Shown: piece by piece, positions 63,093-64,000 of the stretch
Layout of the letters: each line of letters opens with the position of its first letter
How positions within the stretch are numbered: the first letter of the stretch is position 1
Assembly: GCA_012295275.1 (NCBI GenBank)
Contig: CM022673.1
Coordinates: 4,898,001 to 4,962,000 of the forward strand
Length of the DNA: 64,000 nucleotides
Direction of reading: 5' to 3'
Source: Chrysomallon squamiferum
Taxonomy: Eukaryota > Animalia > Mollusca
Made by a program: the position numbers and the translations under genes
The notes under the pieces: generated by a model
The model's input: the letters and a program-made list of their open reading frames with translations, nothing else
Told to the model about the DNA's origin: nothing
Databases searched by the model: none

Positions 63093-63505
63093 ATAGATAG
63101 ATAGACAGATAGAAGTAGATAGATGGAGAGAGAGGTAGGTAGATAGATTAACAGAGAGAACGAGAAAATATAAAACAATATTAAGAAAATATCGATAATT
63201 CCAAAAATCGTTTTAGTGAAATATGCCTTTTTAAAGTTTAGTACATTTTCTAATTTATGCTGTACATTTTATCGATTTCAAACACCACAGTATTCTAATT
63301 TAAACTGTATTTTTTTTGTTTAGACTAGTGAAGAACGCGCTTACAGAGAGAAACAGAGGTTTGTCAACAAACACCCGTTTTTCTGCCAGATGTCGCCCAA
63401 GTTCAAACGTCTACTCGAGCTGAGTCTACGCAAAGAAATACACGCCTATGATGAAACTCTCTTTCGTCAAGGCGATCGCGTTATTGGACTGCATTTCATT
63501 CTCAA
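57421..63505 (+). CDS. CNBD2: Cyclic nucleotide-binding domain protein (CNBD2-like), 3'-partial, 5 coding exons in window
   Basis: Spliced translation has a CNB fold: IIRQGEPGDCMYILLRGKISVYI ... FGEVALISEDNIRNATIIT...MVIDRELFNRCLK, then a second CNB (HPFF...LFRQGDRVIGLHFIL). All phases consistent. Symbol means family-like only. Confidence 0.8.
57576..57680. repeat. (TTA/TTG)n microsatellite abutting the donor
   Basis: Directly visible. Confidence 0.9.
57945..58150 (+). mobile_element. Highly degenerate SINE core and tail
   Basis: Loose resemblance (gtgtatatcaaaaaaacactttctgctaaacgataaaaaatagc...aaaacaaaac) to a recalled mollusc SINE central domain. Confidence 0.3.
58355..58410 (-). mobile_element. 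tRNA-derived SINE head fragment
   Basis: Reverse complement gaggtcgcgggttcaatactcggtagg: B-box (GTTCRANNC) and T-arm-like, but no full cloverleaf. Confidence 0.45.
58940..59300. repeat. Purine-rich (GATA/GACA/AG)n compound repeat
   Basis: Directly visible. Confidence 0.85.
59340..59427 (+). CDS. CNBD exon DVLMDIIRHC...IIRQGEPGDC
   Basis: tttcag / tg|gttggt, phase 1->2; not in ORF track. Confidence 0.88.
60049..60236 (+). CDS. CNBD exon MYILLRGKISVYI...LGKFIIRC
   Basis: aacag / g|gtaagt, phase 2->1. Confidence 0.9.
60260..60478. repeat. (AAT/AAC)n microsatellite
   Basis: Directly visible. Confidence 0.9.
60669..60796 (+). CDS. CNBD exon with phosphate-binding cassette (ESGTNFGEVALISEDNIRNAT...CLK)
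   Basis: tttcag / aag|gtgaga, phase 1->0; FGE-AL...R-AT motif; not in ORF track. Confidence 0.92.
63000..63088. repeat. (AG)n microsatellite
   Basis: Directly visible. Confidence 0.95.
63324..63505 (+). CDS. CNBD exon starting the second CNB domain (TSEERAY...HPFF...RQGD...LHFIL)
   Basis: tttag / aa|gtacgt, phase 0->2. Confidence 0.88.
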
Positions 63506-63554
63506 GTACGTAGAAAAATATCCAAGTACGCCCTTCTTGGGTCCACATGGATAC

Positions 63555-63723
63555 ACACACTCTCTCTCTCACACATACAGACACTCACACACACAAACAC
63601 ACACACACTCATACTCACATACATACATACATACATACATACATACATACATACATACATACATACATACATACATACATACATACATACATACATAATT
63701 ACATACATACATACATACATACA
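63555..63723. repeat. (CA)n / (TACA)n microsatellite
   Basis: Directly visible. Confidence 0.95.
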
Positions 63724-64000
63724 TATTAATGGTGAATTATTTAGTGGTATTTAATATTGGTCATATTGGGTGTTGTCTGCATGTATCTAACAGACTACTT
63801 CTGTTAATGGATAAAAGAAAACTTTTGTAACTGAAGAAAGTTTGACTTCCAAAAAAATTCGGACAAGAAAATTAATAACTGTCCTCCAGTGATATCGTTA
63901 AATAAAATTAATTTTTAAAATTTTTCGTTTTCCTTATTCTGTATTTATTTAAACTCTGAGTAGATATTTGGTCCAGTCATCATGGAAGGGTGTAAAGAGT

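Overview
AT-rich, microsatellite-rich animal genomic DNA. It is an invertebrate, and the SINE-like fragments suggest a mollusc (inference). Two intron-containing genes lie on the + strand. (1) 1..41469 is the 3' part (38 core exons, about 2,940 codons by my exon sum) of a giant coiled-coil AKAP9/pericentrin-family centrosomal scaffold. It ends in a PACT domain, and its 3'UTR probably runs to about 44.5 kb. (2) 57421..>63505 holds the first five coding exons of a tandem cyclic-nucleotide-binding-domain (CNBD2-like) gene. Between them are a 43-bp minisatellite, a degenerate hAT-type MITE, SINE fragments and CpG-rich regulatory-looking DNA. There is no prokaryotic system, CRISPR array or RNA gene. 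The most interesting signals are in the AKAP9-like gene: a possible tail-anchored (membrane) short isoform made by read-through of a weak donor; several frame-preserving microexon candidates (9, 21, 27, 36, 51 nt) with RBFOX/NOVA/QKI/UGC-type motifs; and a 1-nt phase mismatch at the junction just before the PACT domain. All exon calls were made by eye from splice signals and phase continuity, and family assignments are from recalled motifs, not database searches.
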